63,974 bases of DNA, taken from contig CAZBXV010000005.1 of assembly GCA_964496205.1 (NCBI GenBank), positions 1-63,974 on the forward strand. Direction: 5' to 3'. Both the position numbers and the translations under genes were made by a program. Source of the stretch: an uncultured Acidimicrobiia bacterium (GTDB taxonomy: Bacteria; Actinomycetota; Acidimicrobiia; Spongiisociales; UBA4744). Below are positions 49,567-57,596 of the stretch, in pieces (the first letter of the stretch is position 1; the number at the start of each line of letters is the position of its first letter). The notes under the pieces are model-generated. The model was not told the DNA's origin. It saw nothing but the letters and a program-made list of their open reading frames with translations, and did not search any database.

Positions 49567-49724
49567 GGAGACGATGGTACCGGGCTCCGCCCTCCAGTCC
49601 TCAGTCGTCGGTTCTCAGTCCTCGGTGACTGCGAACCCCAGTCCGTGGGACAGTCTGTCGGGCTCACACGCCACGAGATCGGACTGCACGACATCGACTC
49701 GCCGGGTCCCTGTACGCTCACCCC

Positions 49725-50075
49725 ATGGTTGCCTGCGACACGATGATCTTCTTCACGCCACGAATGCGGGAGCTCGCAGACTTCTATCGAGTCGGATTGG
49801 ATCTTCCGCCGGCGATTCCTCATGGCGATGCCCATCTGGGCTTCCGTCTCGACAATCTCTACCTGGGTTTCGACCAGGTGGACGACCACTCAACACCGTC
49901 CGGGGTCGCGGGAGTCACGCCGTGGTTCGCTGTCCCGGATTTGGACGCAGCGTTCGAGAGGTTCGTCGATGCGGGCGCGACAGTTCGCTACCCACCCACA
50001 CTCAAGGCTATGGGCGACATTCTTGCCTCCCTCGAGGATCTCGACGGAAACGTGTTTGGCCTGGTCGAACGCTGA
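49725..50075 (+). CDS. VOC/glyoxalase-family protein
   Basis: 116 aa. FYRVGLDL...HLGF and DLDGNVFGLVE, typical paired beta-alpha-beta-beta-beta modules. Confidence 0.7.
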   Translation: MVACDTMIFFTPRMRELADFYRVGLDLPPAIPHGDAHLGFRLDNLYLGFDQVDDHSTPSGVAGVTPWFAVPDLDAAFERFVDAGATVRYPPTLKAMGDILASLEDLDGNVFGLVER

Positions 50076-50103
50076 CGGGGCACCCCATGGAGGGGCGCCC
50101 CGT
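50075..50103. terminator. GC-rich hairpin between convergent genes
   Basis: ACGGGGCACCCC-ATGGA-GGGGCGCCCCGT (7+4 bp stem with one mismatch). Starts at the last base of the VOC stop codon. Confidence 0.5.
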
Positions 50104-50131
50104 GTGTCTTCCTGGAGGGAAGGATTGTTCG

Positions 50132-50554
50132 CTACTTCACTGGTACCAGCGGACACTCCAGGAAGCTTGGGTTGCTGTCATCGACCGTCAGGTTGCCGGC
50201 CGCAACCTCCTTCATCAGCTGGGCGTAGGAGGTGATGAGGGTTGCCTCGGCTCCGTCATTCCACGCAGCCGTCACCTCGTACCACCGACCGCCGTTGTAG
50301 GCCGGATTGCCGGGACCGGCTTCGGCCACCGCGAGCTGGTCCTCGACTCCGTTGGTGATCTTGACGAGGGTGTCGAACGACTGGAGATTGTGATCGTTGG
50401 GTGCGGGAAGGTCGGCGACCTTCCGCGAGTTGTATGCCTGTCCGTCGGCGTAGATACCGGGCTGGAAGCTGAACTTGCCGGGCAGCGCAAACGCAGGAAC
50501 CGCCATAGCGAAGAGCATCGCAAGGACGAGACCCACAACGGCAATACGGCGCAT
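50132..50554 (-). CDS. secreted hypothetical protein
   Basis: 140 aa. Signal peptide MRRIAVVGLVLAMLFAMAVPAFA. No family recognised. Confidence 0.55.
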   Translation of the reverse strand: MRRIAVVGLVLAMLFAMAVPAFALPGKFSFQPGIYADGQAYNSRKVADLPAPNDHNLQSFDTLVKITNGVEDQLAVAEAGPGNPAYNGGRWYEVTAAWNDGAEATLITSYAQLMKEVAAGNLTVDDSNPSFLECPLVPVK

Positions 50555-50695
50555 GATTGTCTCCTTTCACCGGAACATCCGGTCTTCCATCACGATGTCA
50601 GGTGGATCTCTCATCAGAGCAACGGAGTAGTGAACATTCACGAAACCCACGCCTCCCGGCTTTCGCAGCCTCTTTCGTCCTCGTACGATGCGCAC

Positions 50696-51373
50696 ATGGA
50701 TCGAGTACTGGTCGTCGACGACGAGCCGATGGTGCGAGAAGTAGTGACGGAGTACCTCGAACGCGAGGGTTTCGCTGTCGAGACTGCGCAGGACGGAGTA
50801 GCGGCACTCACGGCTCTCACCAATCGCCCGCCCGATCTGCTCGTGCTCGATGTCATGCTCCCCCATCGGGATGGTTTCTCCGTTCTCCAGGAGGTTCGCC
50901 GCACATCGACAATCCCGGTGATCCTTCTGACCGCCAGAGGAGATGAAGCCGACCGGGTCGTTGGACTTGAGCTCGGCGCCGACGACTACGTGGTCAAGCC
51001 GTTCTCTCCTCGGGAACTCGCAGCCCGCGTTCGGTCAGTGCTCCGTCGAAGCCGCCCCGTTCCCGTCAATGAGACCCTGTCATTCGATGACCTCGTGATT
51101 GATCGCCGATCTCGGGAAGTCCGCGTCGACGGCCGCGTCGTCGAGTTGACGCCAAAGGAGTTCGACCTGTTGGAGTTCCTGGCCTCACACGACCGACAGG
51201 TGTTCTCCCGGGGCCAGCTGCTGCAACAAGTGTGGGAGTCATCGGCCGACTGGCAGGACCCTGCGACGGTCACCGTTCATGTGGGTCGCCTCAGAACGAA
51301 ACTGGAAGCCGATCCGTCGTCCCCCCGATGGATCGTGACGGTGTGGGGCGTCGGCTACCGGTTCGAGCCATGA
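50696..51373 (+). CDS. OmpR-family response regulator
   Basis: ATG at 50696 (MDRVLVVDDEP) within the 620-aa track ORF. DVMLPHRDG. Winged-helix end TVWGVGYRFEP. Confidence 0.92.
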   Translation: MDRVLVVDDEPMVREVVTEYLEREGFAVETAQDGVAALTALTNRPPDLLVLDVMLPHRDGFSVLQEVRRTSTIPVILLTARGDEADRVVGLELGADDYVVKPFSPRELAARVRSVLRRSRPVPVNETLSFDDLVIDRRSREVRVDGRVVELTPKEFDLLEFLASHDRQVFSRGQLLQQVWESSADWQDPATVTVHVGRLRTKLEADPSSPRWIVTVWGVGYRFEP

Positions 51374-52557
51374 GATTCGCCGGCCTACTCCTGGGAGCCG
51401 CCATCGTTGCATACGGGGTCGTCGAAATCTGGATGAGGCCGGGACCGCACGACAGACTCGTGTTCGCGGTGCTCTTCTTCGCCATCGCCGTGGTGACAGG
51501 CGTGGTCGGACTCGTGCTTCGGGGCATCGTCGCGCGTGCCCGTTCCCTCTCCACAACCATGTTCGTCGTTGCCGTGGGCGCGCTGTTGGTTGTCGCCGCA
51601 GCCGTTGTCGCTGCCGGTCGTCTGATGTTCTTGTCGGGACACGACCTGCAGCTGACACTCATCGTCCTCGGTTTTGGAGTGGTTCTCGGAGCCGTCCTCG
51701 CCGGCGCGGCGGCTGATCGACTCGGCCGGGATCTTCACACGCTGGGAGCCACCGCGGACAAGGTTGCCGGCGGCGACCTGTCCGTACGCACCGGGTTGGA
51801 GCGCCCCGATGAGGTCGGAGCCGTGGCTCGTGCGATCGACTCGATGGTCGAGCGTCTCGATGCAGCAGAGTCAGAACGGCGCAGCATTGAAACGTCCCGC
51901 AGGACGTTCATCGCAGCAATCGGACACGATCTACGCACCCCACTCACATCGGCCACGGCCGCCATCGAAGCCCTCCAGGATGGCGTCGCGCCCGAACCCG
52001 ATCGCTATCTCGCTTCGGTTGCGAGCGATCTGACCATCCTGAGCGGCCTCGTCGAAGACCTGTTCTTGCTGTCGAAGATCGAGGCCGACCAGCTGGATCT
52101 CCACATGGAGCCTGTCGACCTGACCGATCTCGCCGACGCGACGATCGAGGCGATGACACCGCTCGCCAGATACCGCCATGTCACGCTGAACCTCGACGCG
52201 AAGACACACGTGCGTGTGTTCGGAGGGGAACTGGAGCTGGCCCGCGTGTTCAGGAATCTGATCGACAACGCAATCAGACACTCGCCTGACGACACGACCG
52301 TCACTGTTCGCGTCGACGGTGACCCCTCGGCAGTCACCGTCACGGTCAACGACGAGGGCCCCGGCTTCCCTTTGGACATCGACGTGTTCGAGAGCTTCAC
52401 CCGCGGCGATCGGGCCAGGGCCCGAGACACCGGCGGCGCCGGGCTCGGCTTGGCGATCGCCAGAGGAATCGTGCAAGCGCACGGAGGCGCCACCTGGATC
52501 GAACCCGGCCCGGGTGGCGCCATTGCATTTCGCCTTCCGCTCGCTCCTCCGCCGTGA
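51370..52557 (+). CDS. sensor histidine kinase (2 TM + HAMP + HisKA + HATPase)
   Basis: ATG at 51370 overlaps the response regulator stop (ATGA). H-box IGHDLRTPLTS. N-box and G-box DNAIRHS, GGAGLGLAIA. Confidence 0.9.
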   Translation: MRFAGLLLGAAIVAYGVVEIWMRPGPHDRLVFAVLFFAIAVVTGVVGLVLRGIVARARSLSTTMFVVAVGALLVVAAAVVAAGRLMFLSGHDLQLTLIVLGFGVVLGAVLAGAAADRLGRDLHTLGATADKVAGGDLSVRTGLERPDEVGAVARAIDSMVERLDAAESERRSIETSRRTFIAAIGHDLRTPLTSATAAIEALQDGVAPEPDRYLASVASDLTILSGLVEDLFLLSKIEADQLDLHMEPVDLTDLADATIEAMTPLARYRHVTLNLDAKTHVRVFGGELELARVFRNLIDNAIRHSPDDTTVTVRVDGDPSAVTVTVNDEGPGFPLDIDVFESFTRGDRARARDTGGAGLGLAIARGIVQAHGGATWIEPGPGGAIAFRLPLAPPP

Positions 52558-52575
52558 CTAAGGCGCGGCGTTCGG

Positions 52576-53205
52576 TCAGGTTTTCGGTTCGGCGCGCCAG
52601 GGAACTCCGAGCTTCGGAAGCAAGAAACGGTCCAGCCCGATCCATCCTGCGTTGCGCCATGCCAGGAAAACGAGTCCCGAAACGAGGATCATCGCCGGGT
52701 TGACGCCGGCGCTTCCCGCAAACGCATAGGAGAAGTTGAGTGTCGCTCCGAACAGGGCAGCGACGCCCGTGAATGCACCGAGGATGAGTGCCACACCGAC
52801 AAGGAACTCCCCAAGGGGAATGATGTAGCCGAGGAAGGTGTGGCCCGATGACGCCACCCAGTGGAGGAAGTCGACGTACCAGCCGTACGCAACCGATGGG
52901 TGTGGACCTGCGGCGTTCTTGATCGCACCTTCGGCGAACCCCGCGATGTTCTGACCCACAGCGACGGCCACTTCCTTGCCGTCCTGGAGGACGGTCCCGG
53001 ACCGGATCCATCCGATGTTCGCGTCACCGGTAAGAGCGAAACCCTTCCCCGGGACGATGTTGCCTCCGAACACCTTGCCCCACCCCGACTGGAACCACTC
53101 CCACCCGAGCCAGAGTCGGACGATGAGCCAGAACCAAGCGGTGGTCGTAGAACCGAAGAGCCACCGAGAAACGCGTGGTTCTTCGATCTGCACGGTTTGT
53201 GCCAT
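52576..53205 (-). CDS. DoxX/DoxD-family membrane protein
   Basis: ATG at 53205 (MAQTVQIEE) with AAAGGAA upstream. WFWLIVRLWLGWEWFQSGWGK and 4 TM segments. Confidence 0.62.
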   Translation of the reverse strand: MAQTVQIEEPRVSRWLFGSTTTAWFWLIVRLWLGWEWFQSGWGKVFGGNIVPGKGFALTGDANIGWIRSGTVLQDGKEVAVAVGQNIAGFAEGAIKNAAGPHPSVAYGWYVDFLHWVASSGHTFLGYIIPLGEFLVGVALILGAFTGVAALFGATLNFSYAFAGSAGVNPAMILVSGLVFLAWRNAGWIGLDRFLLPKLGVPWRAEPKT

Positions 53206-53294
53206 GACCGTTCCTTTCTGCGTTGAACCGTCCAATGCTATCCCACCCAGAGAGCCACCGGAAAATGTGGAAACACCCGGCCGCGACAGGACGG

Positions 53295-53723
53295 TCAACC
53301 GCCCTGAAGCGTCGTGGTGAGCCCGCTTTCGAGGGCGGTTTTCTCGGCGTCGCTGAGCCGCGCCTCGGGATGGAGCAATCGGTACTGGAGCGGTGGCATG
53401 TCGCCTCTGCGAATTGCTTCGGCCACGTCACGGATCCTTCGAGTCGCCGTCCAGTCGGAAAAGTTCAGCCTGCGTCGTCCTTCATCGACATCGTGCTGGA
53501 TCAGCCATGAGAACGGTGCGATATTGGAGTACCAGTGCCACACGGTCTCGTCGCTGTGGCAGTCGAAACACGCACGCACCGCGAGAGCCCTGGTTTAGGG
53601 TGAGTTCCACGCAGGCTCCGCTACGACGGCAGGGTTGGTGTGATTCCTGCCATACGGAACCAGCTGGATAAGCACGAACACCACGGCGAGCACGCCCAAG
53701 GCGAGCAGAATCCGACGTCGCAA
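53295..53723 (-). pseudogene. haem-binding-domain (CxxCH) membrane-anchored protein interrupted by one in-frame TAA
   Basis: My own reverse-strand translation. TTG at 53723 (GAGGAG upstream) gives [45 protein letters not shown] at 53597-53595 follows, then TRALAV, then the track ORF (M)RACFDCHSDETVWHWYSNIAPFSWL... All of this is in the same frame. Confidence 0.7.
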
Positions 53724-53901
53724 CTGTTCTCCTCATGAGGGGCGCGCAGTGTACCGATTGGTGCGCGCCCGACGCGACGCGCACCCGGGACTAAGAAGAC
53801 GGAGAATCGGCCCCACGACCATTTCGCACACAATCGGGAACCGATTCGGCCCTCGAGACCAATACATGTGTGGGCGAGACATCAACCGGGGAACAGCCGC
53901 C

Positions 53902-53943
53902 CGCGATGTGGGACACGAAACCAGGGTCGTGTCCCACATCGCG
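53902..53943. repeat. perfect 17-bp inverted repeat with an 8-nt loop; function unknown
   Basis: CGCGATGTGGGACACGA-aaccaggg-TCGTGTCCCACATCGCG, read directly. Lies in the 273-nt non-coding gap upstream of the truncated ndh. Confidence 0.6.
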
Positions 53944-53996
53944 TGAGGAGTCTCCCTGGTGGCAAGGGCTGAGGGTCGGAACGGTAGATTCAGATC

Positions 53997-54779
53997 GTGG
54001 ACTCGGCTCGGCCTCGTGTGGTGATCATCGGTGGGGGTCCAACGGGCGCCGAACTCGCCGGCGCCCTCGCAGAGCTCGCTCGTCACACACTCGTCGACGA
54101 GTTCCGACGCTCCAACACCCACGACGCTCGTATCCTGCTCGTTGAGGGGTCCGACCGCATCCTGTCGACGTATCCGGCCGGTCTCTCCAGGAAGGCCCAG
54201 CGGCAGCTGGAACGGCTTGGCGTGGAGGTCTCGACCGGATCCTTCGTGACAGAGATCGATGGAAAAGGTGTCACTGTGGGAGGCGTCCGCGTCGGCGCGA
54301 GAACGGTCCTGTGGGCCGCAGGTGTCAAAGCCTCACCGTTGGGCACGCTGCTCGGTGCACCACTAGATCGGGGCGGCCGGGTGATCGTCGAATCGGATCT
54401 GACGGTTCCGGGACATCCGGAGGTGTTCGTCGTCGGGGATCTCGCCGCCCTCGAAGGTGTGCCGGGGGTTGCCCCCGCAGCAATCCAAATGGGGAGGCAC
54501 GCAGCTGCGATGATCGACGCCTCGATCAACGGTCGAGGTCGCCGGGCGTTTCACTACTTCGATCGAGGATCGATGGCGACACTGGGCCGACGGTCCGCTA
54601 TTGCACAGATCCGTGGGCTACGCCTGAGTGGCTTTCCCGCCTGGGCCGCGTGGCTGACGATCCATATCTTCTTCTTGATCGGCTTCCGGAACCGAGCCAT
54701 CGTCCTCTTCGAGTGGGCTCGCTCCTACTTCACCTACAGCAGAGGGGCACGACTGATCCTGCTGGATCGGGAAGGTTGA
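53997..54779 (+). pseudogene. ndh: type II NADH:quinone oxidoreductase (NDH-2) lacking the N-terminal FAD-binding Rossmann domain
   Basis: The 260-aa ORF starts about 10 aa before the second dinucleotide motif (VVIIGGGPTGAELAG). It aligns with the C-terminal ~290 aa of mycobacterial Ndh as I recall it (VFVVGD...EGVPGVA, FHYFDRGSMATLGR, membrane helices). An in-frame TAG lies 9 nt upstream. No N-terminal remnant appears in any frame. Confidence 0.6.
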
Positions 54780-54797
54780 CAGGAGGTCGATCTCCCG

Positions 54798-54844
54798 TTC
54801 TTGTCAATCTCAGCCCCGCTGAGCGGGATCACGATTGACAAGAA
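54798..54844. promoter_or_regulatory. nested inverted repeat (12-bp outer arms, inner 5-bp hairpin); a terminator for ndh or a PadR operator
   Basis: TTCTTGTCAATC-N23-GATTGACAAGAA, with CCCGC-TGA-GCGGG inside. Read directly. Confidence 0.45.
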
Positions 54845-54864
54845 GGACAAGAAGTACGAACCGA

Positions 54865-54895
54865 GCGACAGACACCTTGTGCTGCTATGTATAAT
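54865..54895 (+). promoter_or_regulatory. candidate sigma70-type promoter for the padR operon
   Basis: GCGACA (54865-70), a 19-nt spacer, then TATAAT (54890-95). This is followed by GGAGGG and GTG at 54920. It is a conspicuously AT-rich patch in a GC-rich genome. Confidence 0.35.
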
Positions 54896-54919
54896 GGTCT
54901 GAGGTATAGAGGAGGGTTC

Positions 54920-55270
54920 GTGCGGATAGCGAAGGATCTGGTTGCCGCTTCCTCGACGCCGATCGTGTTGGCGATCCTGTCCGAAGGCGAGAGCTACGGC
55001 TACGCGATTCTCAAGCGAGTGCGTCTGCTCTCCGACGGTGAGATGGAGTGGACCGACGGGATGCTGTATCCGCTTCTGCACCGTCTCGTCAGGCTGGGTC
55101 TGGTGAATGCAGTGTGGCGTGTTCCGGAGGGCCGACGCCGCCGCTACTACTCGCTGACCGACAGGGGCCGAACGGCGCTGGCCGATCATCGCAGGCAGTG
55201 GCGTCTCGTCAACGCAGTCATGCAAGGCACGTGGAGTGAGATGCGTGCGATCGCAGCGGCGGGCGCATGA
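54920..55270 (+). CDS. PadR-family transcriptional regulator
   Basis: ILAILSEGESYGYAILKRV...GMLYPLLHRLVRLGLV...RRYYSLTDRG. GTG at 54920 is preferred over the track start at 54887, which sits on the TATAAT box. Confidence 0.88.
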   Translation: MRIAKDLVAASSTPIVLAILSEGESYGYAILKRVRLLSDGEMEWTDGMLYPLLHRLVRLGLVNAVWRVPEGRRRRYYSLTDRGRTALADHRRQWRLVNAVMQGTWSEMRAIAAAGA

Positions 55271-56598
55271 TGGACATCGAAACCCGCATTTCGGAATGGC
55301 GGAGTCACCTGCTTTCCCGGGCCTCGATCACCGAATCCGACGCCGACGAACTGGAAGTCCACCTCCGGGACCAGGTAGAGACACTCACCTCGGCCGGTCT
55401 GCATGACGACGAGGCGTTTCTGGTCGCCGTGAAGCGGCTCGGGGCTGTCGATGCACTCACGAGTGAGTTTGCCCGCGAACACTCCGAGCGCCTCTGGAAG
55501 CAACTCATCACAGGCCCCGATGAGGCGACGTCGAGTGACCTCCCGGTGATGCTCGCATGTGCGGTGGCGGCGGCCATCGCCGTGCAGATCCCCCGTCTCG
55601 TCACCTCCGGGAATCTCGATGTGATGTGGAGCTTCTATCTTCGCAACGCAGCCCTGATCGTCCTGGTCTGGCTTGCCGGCTACTTCGTCTGGAAGCGGCA
55701 CGTGACGCCAAGGCGGCTCGTCGTGCCGGTCATCGTGTTCGTCGCGAGCGCCGTCTTCGCCAACGTCTACCCGTATGTCCGGTTCGGTTCGACGGAGATT
55801 CTGACCGGCACCCATCTTCTGGTGCTCCTGTGGTTCACCGTCGGGTTCGTGTACGTGGGAGGCAAGTGGCGATCAGGACGGATGGACTTCGTTCGCTTCA
55901 CGGGTGAGTGGTTCATCTATTACGTTCTCATCGCCCTCGGGGGTGGTGTGCTCGTCGGACTGACCCAAGGCGTGTTCTGGGCGATCGGGATTTCGGCCGA
56001 CACGCTCCTGTCCAACTGGGCGCTGCCGTGTGGCGCGGCCGGGGCGATCCTGGTCGCAGCCTGGCTGGTCGAGGCGAAACAGGGCGTGATCGAGAACATG
56101 GCGCCCGTGCTGACCAACGTGTTCACTCCCCTGTTTGCTGCCATGTTCATCGCATCGATAGCTGCGATGGTGTGGACGGGGCACGGCATTGATCAGAACA
56201 GGGAGGTGCTCATCCTGTTCGATGCCCTCCTCGTGGTGGTGCTCGGACTGCTGCTCTACTCGATCTCGGCGCACGATCCGCTCTCGAAGGCTGGTTTGAC
56301 GGATGTGATCCAGTTCGTGCTGATTGTCAGCGCGCTCTTCGTCGACGTGCTTGCACTCGCTGCGATCCTCTCTCGAATCACCAACATGGGCTTCACCGCC
56401 AACCGAACCGCCGGCCTGGGACTGAATCTGGTGCTACTCGTGAACTTGGGGTGGTCGGCGTGGTTGTCGTTGGGCTTTCTTCGGGGGCGGCGGCCATTCG
56501 CCGATCTCGAACGCTGGCAGACCGGCTATCTGCCGGTGTTCGCCGCCTGGGCGGCGGTGGTCGCGATCGTCTTTCCTCCAGTGTTCGGCTTCGCGTAA
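55267..56598 (+). CDS. polytopic membrane protein coupled to PadR (helical N-terminal cytoplasmic domain + about 10 TM, DUF4153-like)
   Basis: 443 aa. ATGA overlap with the padR stop. The N-terminal SEWRSHLLSR...DELEVHLRDQVE is typical of PadR-partner proteins. Confidence 0.6.
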   Translation: MMDIETRISEWRSHLLSRASITESDADELEVHLRDQVETLTSAGLHDDEAFLVAVKRLGAVDALTSEFAREHSERLWKQLITGPDEATSSDLPVMLACAVAAAIAVQIPRLVTSGNLDVMWSFYLRNAALIVLVWLAGYFVWKRHVTPRRLVVPVIVFVASAVFANVYPYVRFGSTEILTGTHLLVLLWFTVGFVYVGGKWRSGRMDFVRFTGEWFIYYVLIALGGGVLVGLTQGVFWAIGISADTLLSNWALPCGAAGAILVAAWLVEAKQGVIENMAPVLTNVFTPLFAAMFIASIAAMVWTGHGIDQNREVLILFDALLVVVLGLLLYSISAHDPLSKAGLTDVIQFVLIVSALFVDVLALAAILSRITNMGFTANRTAGLGLNLVLLVNLGWSAWLSLGFLRGRRPFADLERWQTGYLPVFAAWAAVVAIVFPPVFGFA

Positions 56599-56664
56599 GA
56601 CGCGAACGGATCCAAGACGCTGAGGCCGGCCTTCTACCCCCGCCGGATCACGACACTTCGAGCC

Positions 56665-57480
56665 TCATCGATCCGCCGCCAAACGCCCCGACTTGCGCAG
56701 ACGGCGTTCGAGTTCCTCCCAGTCGGGCCCGAGGTCGGAGACAGGAAGCCCTGAGGCAATCCTGTGCCAGAACTCGACTTGAGGGTTCCACCCGGCTCGC
56801 CGGGCTTCGGCGATCTCCGAAGCTGCCGACACCAGATCTCCTTCGAACAGCCGGTTGAGTCCGGTCCCAAGTCTCCGGTAGGCGTTGTGCAGCCCGAGCA
56901 GCCTGGCAAGCTCGGCCAGTGGGTCGGTGTGATCGTCGACACGCAGATCCGTCCCGGCGCCGGCACCGCGATCGGATACCACCAGAAGCGCCGCAGACTG
57001 GCGTCCCCGGAGATCCCCACCGTGTTCTTGCCCTGCGGTCAGCGCCTCCACCAGCCGTGTCGTGAACGACCCGGCGCCGGCACGATAGGCTGTCGCCATG
57101 GCTGCGGCCGTCCCTTGGCGCTCCAGCAGATTGCCCATCACAAGCAGCCCGTCTCCGCAGATCTGCTCTGAGTGAGGAATACATCCCGTCCCCGTGTGCG
57201 CCGCTGTCGCACCGTCTCGATCGATCGCTCCCACCTGGCGCAGGTCTCGCTGCGGATCCTCTGCGAGCGCCGCCTCGAGCGCCGACCCCACCGGGGTCCC
57301 TGCTGCCAGTAGGTCCAGTACGAGGGGCCCGTAGGAGGGCTGCGTGAGAGCTTGCGTAGCCACCGCACCGACCCCCGGCCGCGCCCATGACACGCTTGCC
57401 CCTACAGCGAGATAGCGCGAAGCAACAGCGACACCCACGTCGCCGGTGGTCGCGTCCTTCGCGAGGATCGTGTATGTCAC
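56665..57480 (-). CDS. DUF1028-family (Ntn-hydrolase-fold) protein
   Basis: (M)TYTILAKDATTGDVGVAVASRYLAVGASVSWARPGVGAVATQALTQPSYG matches the DUF1028 N-terminal signature. GTG at 57480 places Thr at position 2. The track start is 57489. Confidence 0.72.
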   Translation of the reverse strand: MTYTILAKDATTGDVGVAVASRYLAVGASVSWARPGVGAVATQALTQPSYGPLVLDLLAAGTPVGSALEAALAEDPQRDLRQVGAIDRDGATAAHTGTGCIPHSEQICGDGLLVMGNLLERQGTAAAMATAYRAGAGSFTTRLVEALTAGQEHGGDLRGRQSAALLVVSDRGAGAGTDLRVDDHTDPLAELARLLGLHNAYRRLGTGLNRLFEGDLVSAASEIAEARRAGWNPQVEFWHRIASGLPVSDLGPDWEELERRLRKSGRLAADR

Positions 57481-57555
57481 CGCGCGCACGCTAGCGCACC
57501 GGCCTTGATCTCGACGCTCATGAGCTCATGGACACGACCGAATCGCGATCACTAA

Positions 57556-57573
57556 AGTGAACTTCGGTTCACT
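57556..57573. promoter_or_regulatory. palindrome AGTGAAC-TTCG-GTTCACT; candidate operator
   Basis: Perfect 7-bp arms, flanked by a direct repeat of TCACTAAA. Lies in the 116-nt divergent region, 24 nt upstream of the cupin-XRE regulator start. Confidence 0.45.
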
Positions 57574-57596
57574 AAACCGAAACGGGAAGGCAGCCT

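Noticed and set aside
49511-50695. First 395 codons of the 620-aa plus-strand ORF that ends as the response regulator
   Set aside because: It runs antisense through the pncB 5' end and through the secreted-protein gene. It also lies out of frame over the same-strand VOC gene. The response regulator domain begins at ATG 50696.
53595-53597. Possibility that the in-frame TAA reflects a reassigned genetic code or programmed readthrough
   Set aside because: I noticed no other family-recognisable gene in this window that is interrupted by an in-frame stop, and the roughly 58 genes have normal lengths under the standard code. I have not tallied which stop codons terminate the other genes. A single nonsense change or a sequencing error is the simpler explanation.
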